Virus record (IMG/VR): IMGVR_UViG_3300003375_000052
Coordinates: 1-42,562 of that record
Source of the DNA: a virus
Lineage: Duplodnaviria; Caudoviricetes
Direction: 5' to 3' (one strand)
DNA: 42,562 nt
Shown here: one piece after another, positions 38,201-42,562 of the stretch
How positions within the stretch are numbered: the stretch's first letter is position 1
Layout of the letters: each line of letters opens with the position of its first letter
The notes under the pieces: model-generated
Told to the model about the DNA's origin: nothing
What the model saw: the letters and a program-made list of their open reading frames with translations, nothing else
Database searches by the model: none
Program-made: the position numbers and the translations under genes

Positions 38201-38343
38201 TGAGTTTTGGTACACAAGTCACTGTGATCAAACAAACTGGCACTGCGTGGGATAGTGCTACCAATATTCTAAATGACCGTACAGCAATTGGCAATTTTAT
38301 TAAAGCAGAGCCTGGTATATGGTATACCGAGTATAAACAATAA
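23224..38343 (+). CDS. Giant modular baseplate wedge/adhesin protein (gp7 position)
   Basis: Uninterrupted 5039-aa ORF coupled to gp6 (TAATG); CBM-like W-x5-Y modules, FG-GAP-like repeats, GxGY beta repeats. Confidence 0.7.
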   Translation: MVSKNNSNVPTGNNGLGVNFLPDFYQTPANKKFLQSTIDQLYQPGTVTKTSGFIGRKNAKAAINTDVYVQAADQTRQNYQLEPGLVIKDTVGNVKFFKDYIDYINQINVFGGNTSNHPRLNAQEFYSWDPHFDWDKFSNFQNYYWLPYGPSTIKIYGQQGAISSTYTVVIQNEQGTNEYLFTPNGLDLNPTIKLYRGQTYNFNITSNNNPFSIMATRTIGSSNRYATGVTNNGIESGILTFTVPADAPSLLYYQSETDINLGGAIEIFDVVEASTLNVETDILGKQKYTLHDGTSLSNGMKVAFGGNVIPASYATGQYYVEGVGTAIKLSAESMLEIISPYTTDLSIQFDQTPFDIEPFDDATGYASIQDYVVINRASRDHNPWSRYNRWFHKDVITVSALYNNDVPTIDQAARAIRPIIEFEADLKLFNLGTTAIFDINLVDNFTTDVFSNIEGSLGYNIDGVPLSNGQRILFTADTDPLVQNKIYQVEFINIRGRNQIHLIEVATPTINQVTLVLEGKKNQSQMYWFNGTTWIQGQQKTKTNQAPLFDIVDDNGISYSNTSVYNGSTFGGTKLFSYKVGNGVADTALGFPLSYLNVSNIGDIVFNFNLGTDSFEYKENNTVNTKTINTGYLVSHDYVGNPRYVNGWQTCAADTVQAAVRIYTNSNLTNNFNIDIFDVTPSEFHLDQDDVRVYINDNRVAIDHWTLVNTSSHYQVVFAIPVILTDIITIKVYSETPINSNGYYEIPINLQNNPLNDTVETFTLGEVRDHVNSIIDNIYNPEMGNDATDIDNLPYDKNSNDIKGVTFIGTFPGTSNLRDLGNITQYGTKFVQHSGPLSLSLYHITSESNNIIRATETARDDYNSFKRNFITIASSLGVDADPITLVDLTLQKINANRPNTAPYYFSDMVPYGAAVTTNLIVVDHRIKTYPLSTVFNLTSLSNKAVLVYQTSNSVKTQLIYGRDYTFSDQATVVIDNSVALLTGDTITTVEYDSTDGCFVPQTPTKLGIWPAYIPQIYLDSTLLYSPQYMIQGHDGSVILSYGDYRDAMLLELETRIYNNIKVKYDPSIFDISSVVPGYNRHTDYSLAEFNQVLAPTFYKWTGLVGVDFTQPLTYDSYNTFTYNYSADVMPNGIPALGYWRGIYRYMLDTDRPNLCPWEMLGFSVEPTWWTSVYGPAPYTSDNLVMWEDLSTGTVREPGMPLVVLSQYIRPFLLNHIPVDEAGNLISPLNSGLATGTFSPSVDNNFVFGDISPVESAWRRSSYYPFSVLIASMLLTPAKTFGVLLDRSRIVRNVAGQLIYKDTGLRIRPEDVAVPSIYSSTSRIQTAGIVNYVVDLILNVIFSNNLESYNSYKTDLNFLTSQLSYRVGAFTNQPQFNLLLESKTPLATGSVFIPTESYNIFLNTSSPVKKLTYSGVIITKISSGFEIKGYSKSQPYFKYYSYLESGISINVGGISEEFVVWTPGQQYIIGQVVQYGNTYYRATANITAGSSLDTTTFVSLNQLPIVGGVTAQFRKSWDRSLINSAPYGTTFTTIQEVIDFMLGYEQWLIDQGFVFDSFNNNLGVVANWSTSAKEFMFWTTQNWSSSQDKWGEWLPNQEYTYSTIVKFNGSYYSAIYNIPPSDVFEITQWELLPGLSNIGSSVISLSPAAGGITFNTNLTVVDSIANSFNDYEMFKVDGSPIPISQLSSYRNGNTVTYVSGNSEGLYCASFYLIQNEHVVLINNVDIFNDVIYNPPTGYRRDRIKLSGYITTGWYGGLDIPGFIFDSAIVEAWQPWKDYNMADIVLYQGYYYSARAFTAGTSIFIAADWIQLKEKPTPKILPNWTNAATQFTDFYSLEVDSFDTAQQTMAHHLVGYQQRQYLNNIIQDSVSEFKFYQGMIREKGTQNVLNQLFGVLSSDAVESLTFYEEWALRVGQYGAANAFEDIEIVLDASVVKNNPQGYLLSPRIDSSVSPFIIQQTPNDIYVKPLGYNSNPFPALVNSTPLLRGAGYVDPADVIFSLGYISDITKQDVTKLSNGQYVWCAFDGPSWNIYRFTDLLIRATNVTYDGTTLTVTTQNIVPIVAGSYVGLAQSESFDGFYQVATVTLNSFTITVSNLTVAQPFTSYNELIIYSLITQRTISLDTLDTLKLTHLTPGSLIWVDDNGSGQWANYKYSPVYKQHALTNPTPTAGFTFGSTIAVNSQNSVMTVGNSQGSLYVYDKVGKSVAWERRGAIPIPFLSTNYFLTSQPSLYATVVAISADGTWLVSGSPLAGYIKTNYQGVWSTGIDYVLNNVVLYNNVYYQSLQDSYNQTPTTVSLYWKIIPYIAVDKITGDESNAHVGQGVISIYKKDINNDYSLVDSIVSPVPTANENFGSQMVFGNNVLYVSALGYSNNKGNVYKLSYKTTVEQNTTYNPVGSSAGTLVVTSTSGIRAGMIVQGSGFTSGQIVEGVLTKITFASSANIGRVASGMTVSGTNILPGTLVVSKGSDNLGNNYIIVRSSQDMNTNISSVEFNGNPLLTFIATNVASMNTLLLSGSPDSTPAGVLTFVSNSWTYDFSETYVGAATGSNFGSSLVLSQDGNTFAIASSNSTLSGVVNVYKNSGLGLTAYQTLIGTTTGFGRSISISNYGDFLAISDDHTSAGTINQQGSVVVYSNSSTGYIVLQSLVNHYPESSGLFGNKIAFMNDDNTIAVYSKYGDVSISTSFDSYTELLYYSNNAPQTLVNELIIGTEYKITSLGNLSQDQWNIIATSTPITAASIGTSYKILSLGNTDWNSVGATYCTFTATSILWSPTDTVSNLINVNSLISGQLIVGQVISGIGIPLGTTIINVNNSNIYLSSSISAIPTNSPITITASLLYAVGSEIRVSTFGTGTGVVVAPNYTYAVGSYFVAKTTGTGTGTAELANYVFQNNLNSTVISPTTFDKSSTNFITLESDNGKVDIYDRYNSKWVFSESLTSTNQQGDAYGTGFAVADNQIFVSAINALDQNLKSGQVYSYEKLSGTYSWESSRTEVLAADVSKVKKTFLYNRALGKLVTYLDVIDPLQGKIAGPAQEEIQYQTFYDPASYSYSDGTVSATVNTKSFWTTQTVGQLWWNLTTTKFVENHFDDPSYRNNTWNTLAPGASVDIYEWVSYNQLPAVWDSKADTPAGIAAGISGTSLYGNSAYCLTQTYDNISKTFSNTYYFWVKNKKIIPSNVNRRNMSASDVASIIASPRGQGYTCLALTSTNSFSLVNAAQYLKDKDVVLAIEYWLTDKTDQNTHSQWKLISNDAIVDLPTTIEQKWFDSLCGIDQGGRAVPDPTLPVKLRYGIENRPRQGMFVNRIEALKEFIERVNTTLISYQITESRNISALESYDPAPTTISGLYDKTIDTDAELVYVNAVPFSPPTLSPIIVNGKITGINIINPGNGYVIAPYITITGTGEGAVVKSTINAVGKIIGATIVNGGEGYDNTTQCSVRSYSVLVLSDSTSQNSWSIYSYDLTTKLWSKTLTQSYDVRNYWSYTDWYAAGYSQFLSADYAVSTFVELNSISSKIGQLVKVLTANKGGWLLLEKYSDSTSVDWTQSYNVVGIQNGTIQFSKALYAFKGTEVGYDASIFDGVDFDIEATRELRIILNAIKNNILIDDLKTAYLDLFFSSIRYAHSEQPFIDWIFKTSFVRATHNVGSLSQPVNYPSDNLNNFQDYVAEVKPYRTKLREYISDYTSLDIGQAAVTDFDLQSNYENGFITAIGVEYKNNSIQSFDQSLNSYPWKFWNDNLGFIVTDIKITDGGSGYANPPQVVISQPTGPNSTTAIATAYIANGKVNRIRIVSNGSAYLSAPTVIFNGGLSTTGTAAKAVAIIGDSVVRANRTALKFDRVNQTYYISNLEHTDTFTGSGSRLQFSLTWAPDVQVSSAVVTVNGEIILRELYKLAVVSSTSAGYTQYSGTIIFNSAPAKNSTITVAYKKDISILNATDRIQYYYNPTSGQLGKDLSQLMTGIDYGGTIVSGLGFNLGGGWGVTPYYSESWDNRDPSFNDYVVQVTANTHSFTLPYVPAANTEINIYQVKNHTISYTSDGSTLGYAFDINLISPTVNVTSTSTAVDISSAYNPTGSVGYILKVASTAGVVPGMVISGTGFNSRQKVVRIVDSTTLNISPVPDSTPSGTLTFSNTAGGFILTVASVSGLKIGDIVTSTGSIFSYGTIINSIDSTNNCLTLNQIMLTHVANGTTINFAQQLVQPTDVIINANGTILLTSPAPVSATINISGSYRPVRLDDPHYGTPSQTNASAIVITPVADGISSTFTIPGSYTVNDGDEFILRQSTSEGSINPASTDYDTAIDGGNLAYSTASGLAADDIVLDGDGLITPTSSPAPEEVVPGQVVDTLAIKVYDQAQSGSADIKIDNQVADGITNTFAIGQLPNSSRAVIVKLGTVIKTYTTDYTIDYTNKLVVFNSVPSAGQTVSIFSIGFNGSNILDIDYFVGDGETTEFVTKATWVSSVTSLIYVNGVVASPTLFKTDNSYAFANAIGLKFAVAPAAGALINFIIVSGSQQTFAITKTETVPTNGATTYTLQYPIGKTLPNESNMIVRVDQSILQAPTNSYFTIGKNRLTYTVDSTKAVPYSVPTNNILVYAGGNLLTLGVDYTVDPSAISVKINKIVYSTYSGQKLIVSIIPNDGYSYNETTGQITFAQAYNNTHTVEVVSSYLQDILDIQRTNIEYVSSFTLTPGTTEFYTYNAVSGGIIKLDRPVIDNNYVWVVQGTTLLTPSIDYKLNDDLQSIVLANPPQSGVVTSIITFGSNILPNAGISYMQFKDMLNRVSYKRLNANKRTMLVNDLKWNDTEIFVDDASTLDVPNPTGNRPGIIEIRGERIEYFTINGNALGQLRRGTLGTGVYNLNKAGTYVQGIGASETIPYTDTTTTETITASSGTSVNLGFIPADANSIEVFVGGYNDTAEWAANTAYSVGTIVRVGPYTYRCVTENVSSTIFATDSSHWAFFVGNIRLKKSAYSVFNINQAPYSPAGDVSFPADFTVDGTTAKITLTNPLSFGTQVTVIKQTGTAWDSATNILNDRTAIGNFIKAEPGIWYTEYKQ

Positions 38344-38363
38344 ACTAGCACATTATAAACATT

Positions 38364-38371
38364 GATAAATA
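38364..38371 (+). promoter_or_regulatory. Putative late promoter GATAAATA
   Basis: In the intergenic gap, 20 nt upstream of ATG 38392. Confidence 0.65.
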
Positions 38372-38391
38372 TAAGATAAAGAGAGATTGAT

Positions 38392-39000
38392 ATGCAGACT
38401 AAAGACGCAACCGGAATCCATATTGAGGGTCATATTAAAATTTATGATCCTATTTCTAAGGAAATTTACATTAACAAGCGTAATGCAATTCACTATGAAA
38501 ATATTAGTGTAGCTTTGGCTAATAGTATGATTAATAACGGCCAAGGATTTATCTATCAAATGGCATTTGGCAATGGAGGAACAGCTATTGATCCTACCGG
38601 AATTATCACATACTTAACTCCTAATACTAGCGGAACTAATGCTAGTCTTTATAATCAAACATATAGCAAAGTTATTGATGGAAATTCCAGCACTAACGTT
38701 GATCCAACACGTAACTTTACAGAAGTTCGCCATGTGACCGGCACCAATTACAGTGATATTTTTGTTACTTGTTTATTAGACTACGGTGAGCCTAGTGGAC
38801 AAGCTGCATACGATACTACTGTAAATGGTGAGTCTACTTATGTATTCGATGAGTTAGGCTTACAAAGTTATAGTTCAACTGGTGAAAGTTTATTATTAAC
38901 CCATGTTATTTTTCATCCAGTATTAAAAAGTTTAAATCGTTTAATTCAAGTTGATTACACAGTACGCATTCAAAGTCTAACTGGCTTAGTGGGAGTTTAA
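38392..39000 (+). CDS. Baseplate/fibre-attachment structural protein
   Basis: 202 aa; MAFGNGG...FDELGL...LLTHVIFHPVLKS pattern resembles fibre-attachment domains; lies between the wedge and fibre genes. Confidence 0.55.
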   Translation: MQTKDATGIHIEGHIKIYDPISKEIYINKRNAIHYENISVALANSMINNGQGFIYQMAFGNGGTAIDPTGIITYLTPNTSGTNASLYNQTYSKVIDGNSSTNVDPTRNFTEVRHVTGTNYSDIFVTCLLDYGEPSGQAAYDTTVNGESTYVFDELGLQSYSSTGESLLLTHVIFHPVLKSLNRLIQVDYTVRIQSLTGLVGV

Positions 39001-39003
39001 TAA

Positions 39004-41184
39004 ATGACTTATACAGTTTCGTTTACAGATTCTACTAATCCTGCTAAACCCCCGATTGTCATTGCCGACGGCGCCCTTAACAACCAGACAAGTTTAACCT
39101 TTGTAGGAAAAAATTATTCCGGGTATGCTCCAATTTTGGCAGGTGATTTTTTACACTTGCTAGAAAACTTTGCCAACTCAACAGCCCCAGGCAATCCAGT
39201 CCAGGGACAGTTATGGTATGATACATCAAGCGGTAATAATATTCTTAGAGTATATGATGGTACTACTTGGGTAGAAGCCGGCAATTTAAAGAAAGCACCA
39301 TTCGTTAATGCGCCTAGTCCATCATCGAGTGTAGCTGGAGACTTATGGGTTGATACTACAAATAGTCAACTATATCTGTTTACTGGTTCAAATTGGACAT
39401 TAGTCGGTCCTACTTACAGTGCTGGATTGCAAACCGGTCCAGTTGTTGAATCGATTGTCGATACAACAAATGTTACTAGAGCAGTAATTTCAATGTATGT
39501 TTCTAGTGCAACAAACAATTCATCTTATCGTGTTGCAATTATTAGTAAAGATACATTTACACCAAAATCACGCCTTGACGGGTTTGCATCGATTAATGAA
39601 GGTATTAATTTATATTCAAATACAATAACCCAAGATACTGCAACTGTTTGGGGAACTGTTCAAGCAGCAAACTCATTAAATGTTAATAGTATTGCAGTGG
39701 CCGCTGCGAATTTTTTAAGATCAGATGTAACTAGTACAACAAATAATCCACTTAATATTAGAAATGCAGGCGGCATAAGTTTAGGTACTGACCTAAGTTT
39801 TAATATTGCACAAGGACTTAATACATTTACCTTTTACTCTAAGAACAGTGGAAACAATGTTGAGTTTAATGTAAACAGCAGTACATTATTGCATCTTGAC
39901 GCTAATGGTAATGTCGGGATCGGTGCTGGAAATATCAGTCCATCAACTCCGTTAAGTGTTGCTGGCGTTATTTCATCGGGCGTTGCCGGTACTCCGGGGG
40001 GCATTATAGTAAACGACGGAGCAAGCCCAACTCCAAGCAATATTCTTTCGGTATCGACTAGTGGAATTTCAACAACATTAAATTCTACATTTACTAGTAA
40101 CGTAACGGTAAATGGCTTAATAACAACAGGATTAACCGGAACAAATCCAAGTGGCCCGGTAATATTACCAGCATCATCTGGTATATATGATATTGGTTCA
40201 CAATCACTAACATTTAGAAACGTCTATGCTAATTCTTTCGTTGGTAATTTCAGCGGAAGTTTTACCGGAACAGTTATCGGTAATGTAACGGGAACAGCAG
40301 ACAGTCTTAAAACGCCAACAGTGTTTAGTGTTGCTGGCGATATGATTAGTTCAGATACCGGTGTTAGTTTTACTGGACAAAGTATAACGGGTACTGCTAT
40401 TCTTAATACACAAGTTAGTAGTACAATGATAACTGGCAAACCTGCAGCAACAGCCGCACAGTCAACTGATCAAATACTTGTATTTCAAACAAACACATCT
40501 GGCTCAGCACTGAAGAGTATGACTAGAGAAGTATTCCTTAACGGGGTTGGAGCATATGCCATCCCAATCGGCTCAATTATGCCTTTTGCAGGACAAGCAA
40601 CTGCTATTCCACCCGGCTGGTTAATGTGTGATGGAAGTGAAATTGGTACAACAACATACAATCAATTATTCCTAGTAATTGGATATATCTACGGTGCACA
40701 AAATACTTTACTAGGTGCAAACACATTTAAATTACCTGACCTAAGAGGAAGATTTACTCTAGGGTTGGATAACATGAACAATTATGGAAATGTTCAAGGA
40801 TTCGTTCAAGCACAAACTAGTGGAACTCCCCCAGTTAATGTTAATACTGGCGGACAAATTGGTCCAGCAGGACGTGTTAGTAATATTGCCGCCGACACTC
40901 TTGGCGGATATTCAGGAAGTCAAAATGTTGTATTGAATACAACACAGCTTCCGCAACATACTCATAGTCTTAATGATGGAACTGCTCAATATTATGCTCC
41001 GGGTGTTAACGGTGGTATAACAGATAATGCTGCAAGTTACGGTCACGGATTGCCTGCCACTACTAGTACAGGTTATGGTTTAGAAAATACTGCCGGTGTT
41101 AATTCTGCAAGTATTGGTCAAGCAATAACTGTAATGAACCCATACTTGAGTATTAACTACATCATCTTTACTGGTAACGTATAA
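39004..41184 (+). CDS. Tail fibre with C-terminal tail-collar domain (gp10/gp12-like)
   Basis: [11 protein letters not shown]...PPGWLMCDG...[10 protein letters not shown] collar motif; QHTHSL (HxH); C-terminal [10 protein letters not shown]. Confidence 0.85.
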   Translation: MTYTVSFTDSTNPAKPPIVIADGALNNQTSLTFVGKNYSGYAPILAGDFLHLLENFANSTAPGNPVQGQLWYDTSSGNNILRVYDGTTWVEAGNLKKAPFVNAPSPSSSVAGDLWVDTTNSQLYLFTGSNWTLVGPTYSAGLQTGPVVESIVDTTNVTRAVISMYVSSATNNSSYRVAIISKDTFTPKSRLDGFASINEGINLYSNTITQDTATVWGTVQAANSLNVNSIAVAAANFLRSDVTSTTNNPLNIRNAGGISLGTDLSFNIAQGLNTFTFYSKNSGNNVEFNVNSSTLLHLDANGNVGIGAGNISPSTPLSVAGVISSGVAGTPGGIIVNDGASPTPSNILSVSTSGISTTLNSTFTSNVTVNGLITTGLTGTNPSGPVILPASSGIYDIGSQSLTFRNVYANSFVGNFSGSFTGTVIGNVTGTADSLKTPTVFSVAGDMISSDTGVSFTGQSITGTAILNTQVSSTMITGKPAATAAQSTDQILVFQTNTSGSALKSMTREVFLNGVGAYAIPIGSIMPFAGQATAIPPGWLMCDGSEIGTTTYNQLFLVIGYIYGAQNTLLGANTFKLPDLRGRFTLGLDNMNNYGNVQGFVQAQTSGTPPVNVNTGGQIGPAGRVSNIAADTLGGYSGSQNVVLNTTQLPQHTHSLNDGTAQYYAPGVNGGITDNAASYGHGLPATTSTGYGLENTAGVNSASIGQAITVMNPYLSINYIIFTGNV

Positions 41185-42458
41185 TGACATATTCGATTCT
41201 TTTAACTAACGGCTCTACATTAACAAGTGTAGCAAATGGCACAGTTGATCAAACTGCAACCGATTTAACATTAATTGGACAAAATACCAGTGGATATGGT
41301 TTGTTTATTAACGATAATTTTGTTCATCTGTTAGAAAATTTTGCTAATACTAGTCAGCCTAATCATCCTATTAAAGGACAGTTATGGTATGATACTAGTC
41401 AAAATGTTTTACAAATTTACAATGGTACTAATTTTACTCCTACCGGTAATACAATAGTTGCAAGTTCTGCGCCGAGCGGATTATCATCAGGTGGACTATG
41501 GATTAACAGTGCGACTAGTCAATTATATTTTAATGACGGTCTTGAAACTACCTTAGCAGGTCCGATTTATACAAAAACTCAAGGACAATCAGGTTTTGTT
41601 GTAAGTGATGTTATTGACACAATCGGTGTTAATCATACGATTGTATCTTTATACGTAGCTAATACTTTATTAGGAATATTTGCTAAAGAAGCGTTTACCC
41701 CTACCTCAACTATTACTGGATTTACATCAACTGCACAAGTTGTAGGCAGCCAATTAGGTACTACACTAACAATTACAACAATAATTTCTGGAACACTAAG
41801 TGTGGGACAAACTATAGTTGGGACTGGGATTACACCGGGCACAACAATTACAGGACAATTAACAGGCACAGCTGGAGGAACTGGAACATATTCAGTAAGT
41901 ACTAGTACAACAGTAGCATCATCTAGTATCACTGCAATTTCCGGTTCAATCGGAATCGGATTTAATGCTAGTACATATAATGGTGTACAATTTAATGTAC
42001 CAGTTAGCCAAGCTACAAATTTATTAGCTCCAGACGGTAGTCTTAAAACAACTGATAGTTTTGTATCAACTACTAGCGATTCTTCGACTAGCGGAAGTAT
42101 TTCGATACAAAATGCTACACCATTGGTATTAGGTACTGCTGGATATTCTCAAGTTAATGTTTCTTATAGTTTGTTCCAGCTACAATCAAAACAACCTAAT
42201 CAAAATTTTGAAATTAATGTACAAAGTGATACAAGTTATCCAGCACTGCATGTGAATGCAACAACTAATACAGTTGGAATATTTACTGCTGCTCCTCAAG
42301 CTACTCTAGATATAAACGGCACAGTTAGAGCAACTCCTTTAACTCCTGCTAGCGCATCAGCTACAGGTGTTGTTGGGCAAATTGCATGGGATGCTAACTA
42401 TGTTTATGTTTGTACTGCTACAAATACTTGGAAACGTGCCGGATTAAGCACATGGTAA
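41184..42458 (+). CDS. Tail fibre protein, paralog of the upstream fibre's N-terminal domain
   Basis: Shares HLLENFAN...P..GQLWYDT; C-terminal [21 protein letters not shown]. Confidence 0.75.
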   Translation: MTYSILLTNGSTLTSVANGTVDQTATDLTLIGQNTSGYGLFINDNFVHLLENFANTSQPNHPIKGQLWYDTSQNVLQIYNGTNFTPTGNTIVASSAPSGLSSGGLWINSATSQLYFNDGLETTLAGPIYTKTQGQSGFVVSDVIDTIGVNHTIVSLYVANTLLGIFAKEAFTPTSTITGFTSTAQVVGSQLGTTLTITTIISGTLSVGQTIVGTGITPGTTITGQLTGTAGGTGTYSVSTSTTVASSSITAISGSIGIGFNASTYNGVQFNVPVSQATNLLAPDGSLKTTDSFVSTTSDSSTSGSISIQNATPLVLGTAGYSQVNVSYSLFQLQSKQPNQNFEINVQSDTSYPALHVNATTNTVGIFTAAPQATLDINGTVRATPLTPASASATGVVGQIAWDANYVYVCTATNTWKRAGLSTW

Positions 42459-42472
42459 ACAGCCCAAACTAT

Positions 42473-42480
42473 GATAAATA
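42473..42480 (+). promoter_or_regulatory. Putative late promoter GATAAATA
   Basis: Intergenic, upstream of ATG 42507. Confidence 0.65.
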
Positions 42481-42506
42481 CACTGAAATAAGGAACGAGC
42501 GAGACT

Positions 42507-42562
42507 ATGTCATATACAATTAACCATTATAACGGTACATTACTTACTACAGTTGCGGACGG
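42507..42562 (+). CDS. Next fibre paralog, N-terminal fragment
   Basis: MSYTINHYNGTLLTTVAD... aligns with [19 protein letters not shown] of the 41184 gene. Confidence 0.7.
   Translation, partial: MSYTINHYNGTLLTTVAD

Noticed and set aside
15817-41932. Numerous short antisense or nested ORFs in the ORF track
   Set aside because: They lie wholly or almost wholly within long, well-supported structural genes and have no recognisable motifs or RBS.
1-42562. Stop-codon reassignment or a diversity-generating retroelement
   Set aside because: The standard code gives full-length genes including a 15-kb ORF; no reverse transcriptase or TR/VR pair was seen.

Overview
A 42.6-kb piece of a large T4-superfamily (T4-like, contractile-tailed) phage genome, read with the standard genetic code. 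Left part (minus strand): tape-measure-like gene, portal (gp20), two prohead-core-type genes, prohead protease (gp21), scaffold (gp22) and the first 30 codons of the major capsid protein (gp23). A divergent gp26-like gene follows. It ends in a canonical -1 slippery site (T TTT TTC) followed by a strong hairpin, which leads into an otherwise start-less gp51-like frame; this looks like a G/GT-type tail-chaperone frameshift. Middle (minus strand): a near-consensus sigma70 promoter drives late sigma gp55 (with a large insertion), gp47/gp46 (Mre11/Rad50) and small ORFs. These are followed by a minimal GIY-YIG nuclease and about 470 nt of densely structured, apparently minus-strand non-coding sequence, the best candidate for an undescribed system here. 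Right part (plus strand): a baseplate/fibre operon with gp48/54-like, gp53, hub, gp5-like spike, gp25, gp6, a 5039-aa modular wedge/adhesin, and a paralogous fibre series. Late promoters of the form (N)TAAATA mark most transcription units, and some appear to produce leaderless mRNAs. All protein calls come from motif recognition and gene order; no database search was run.
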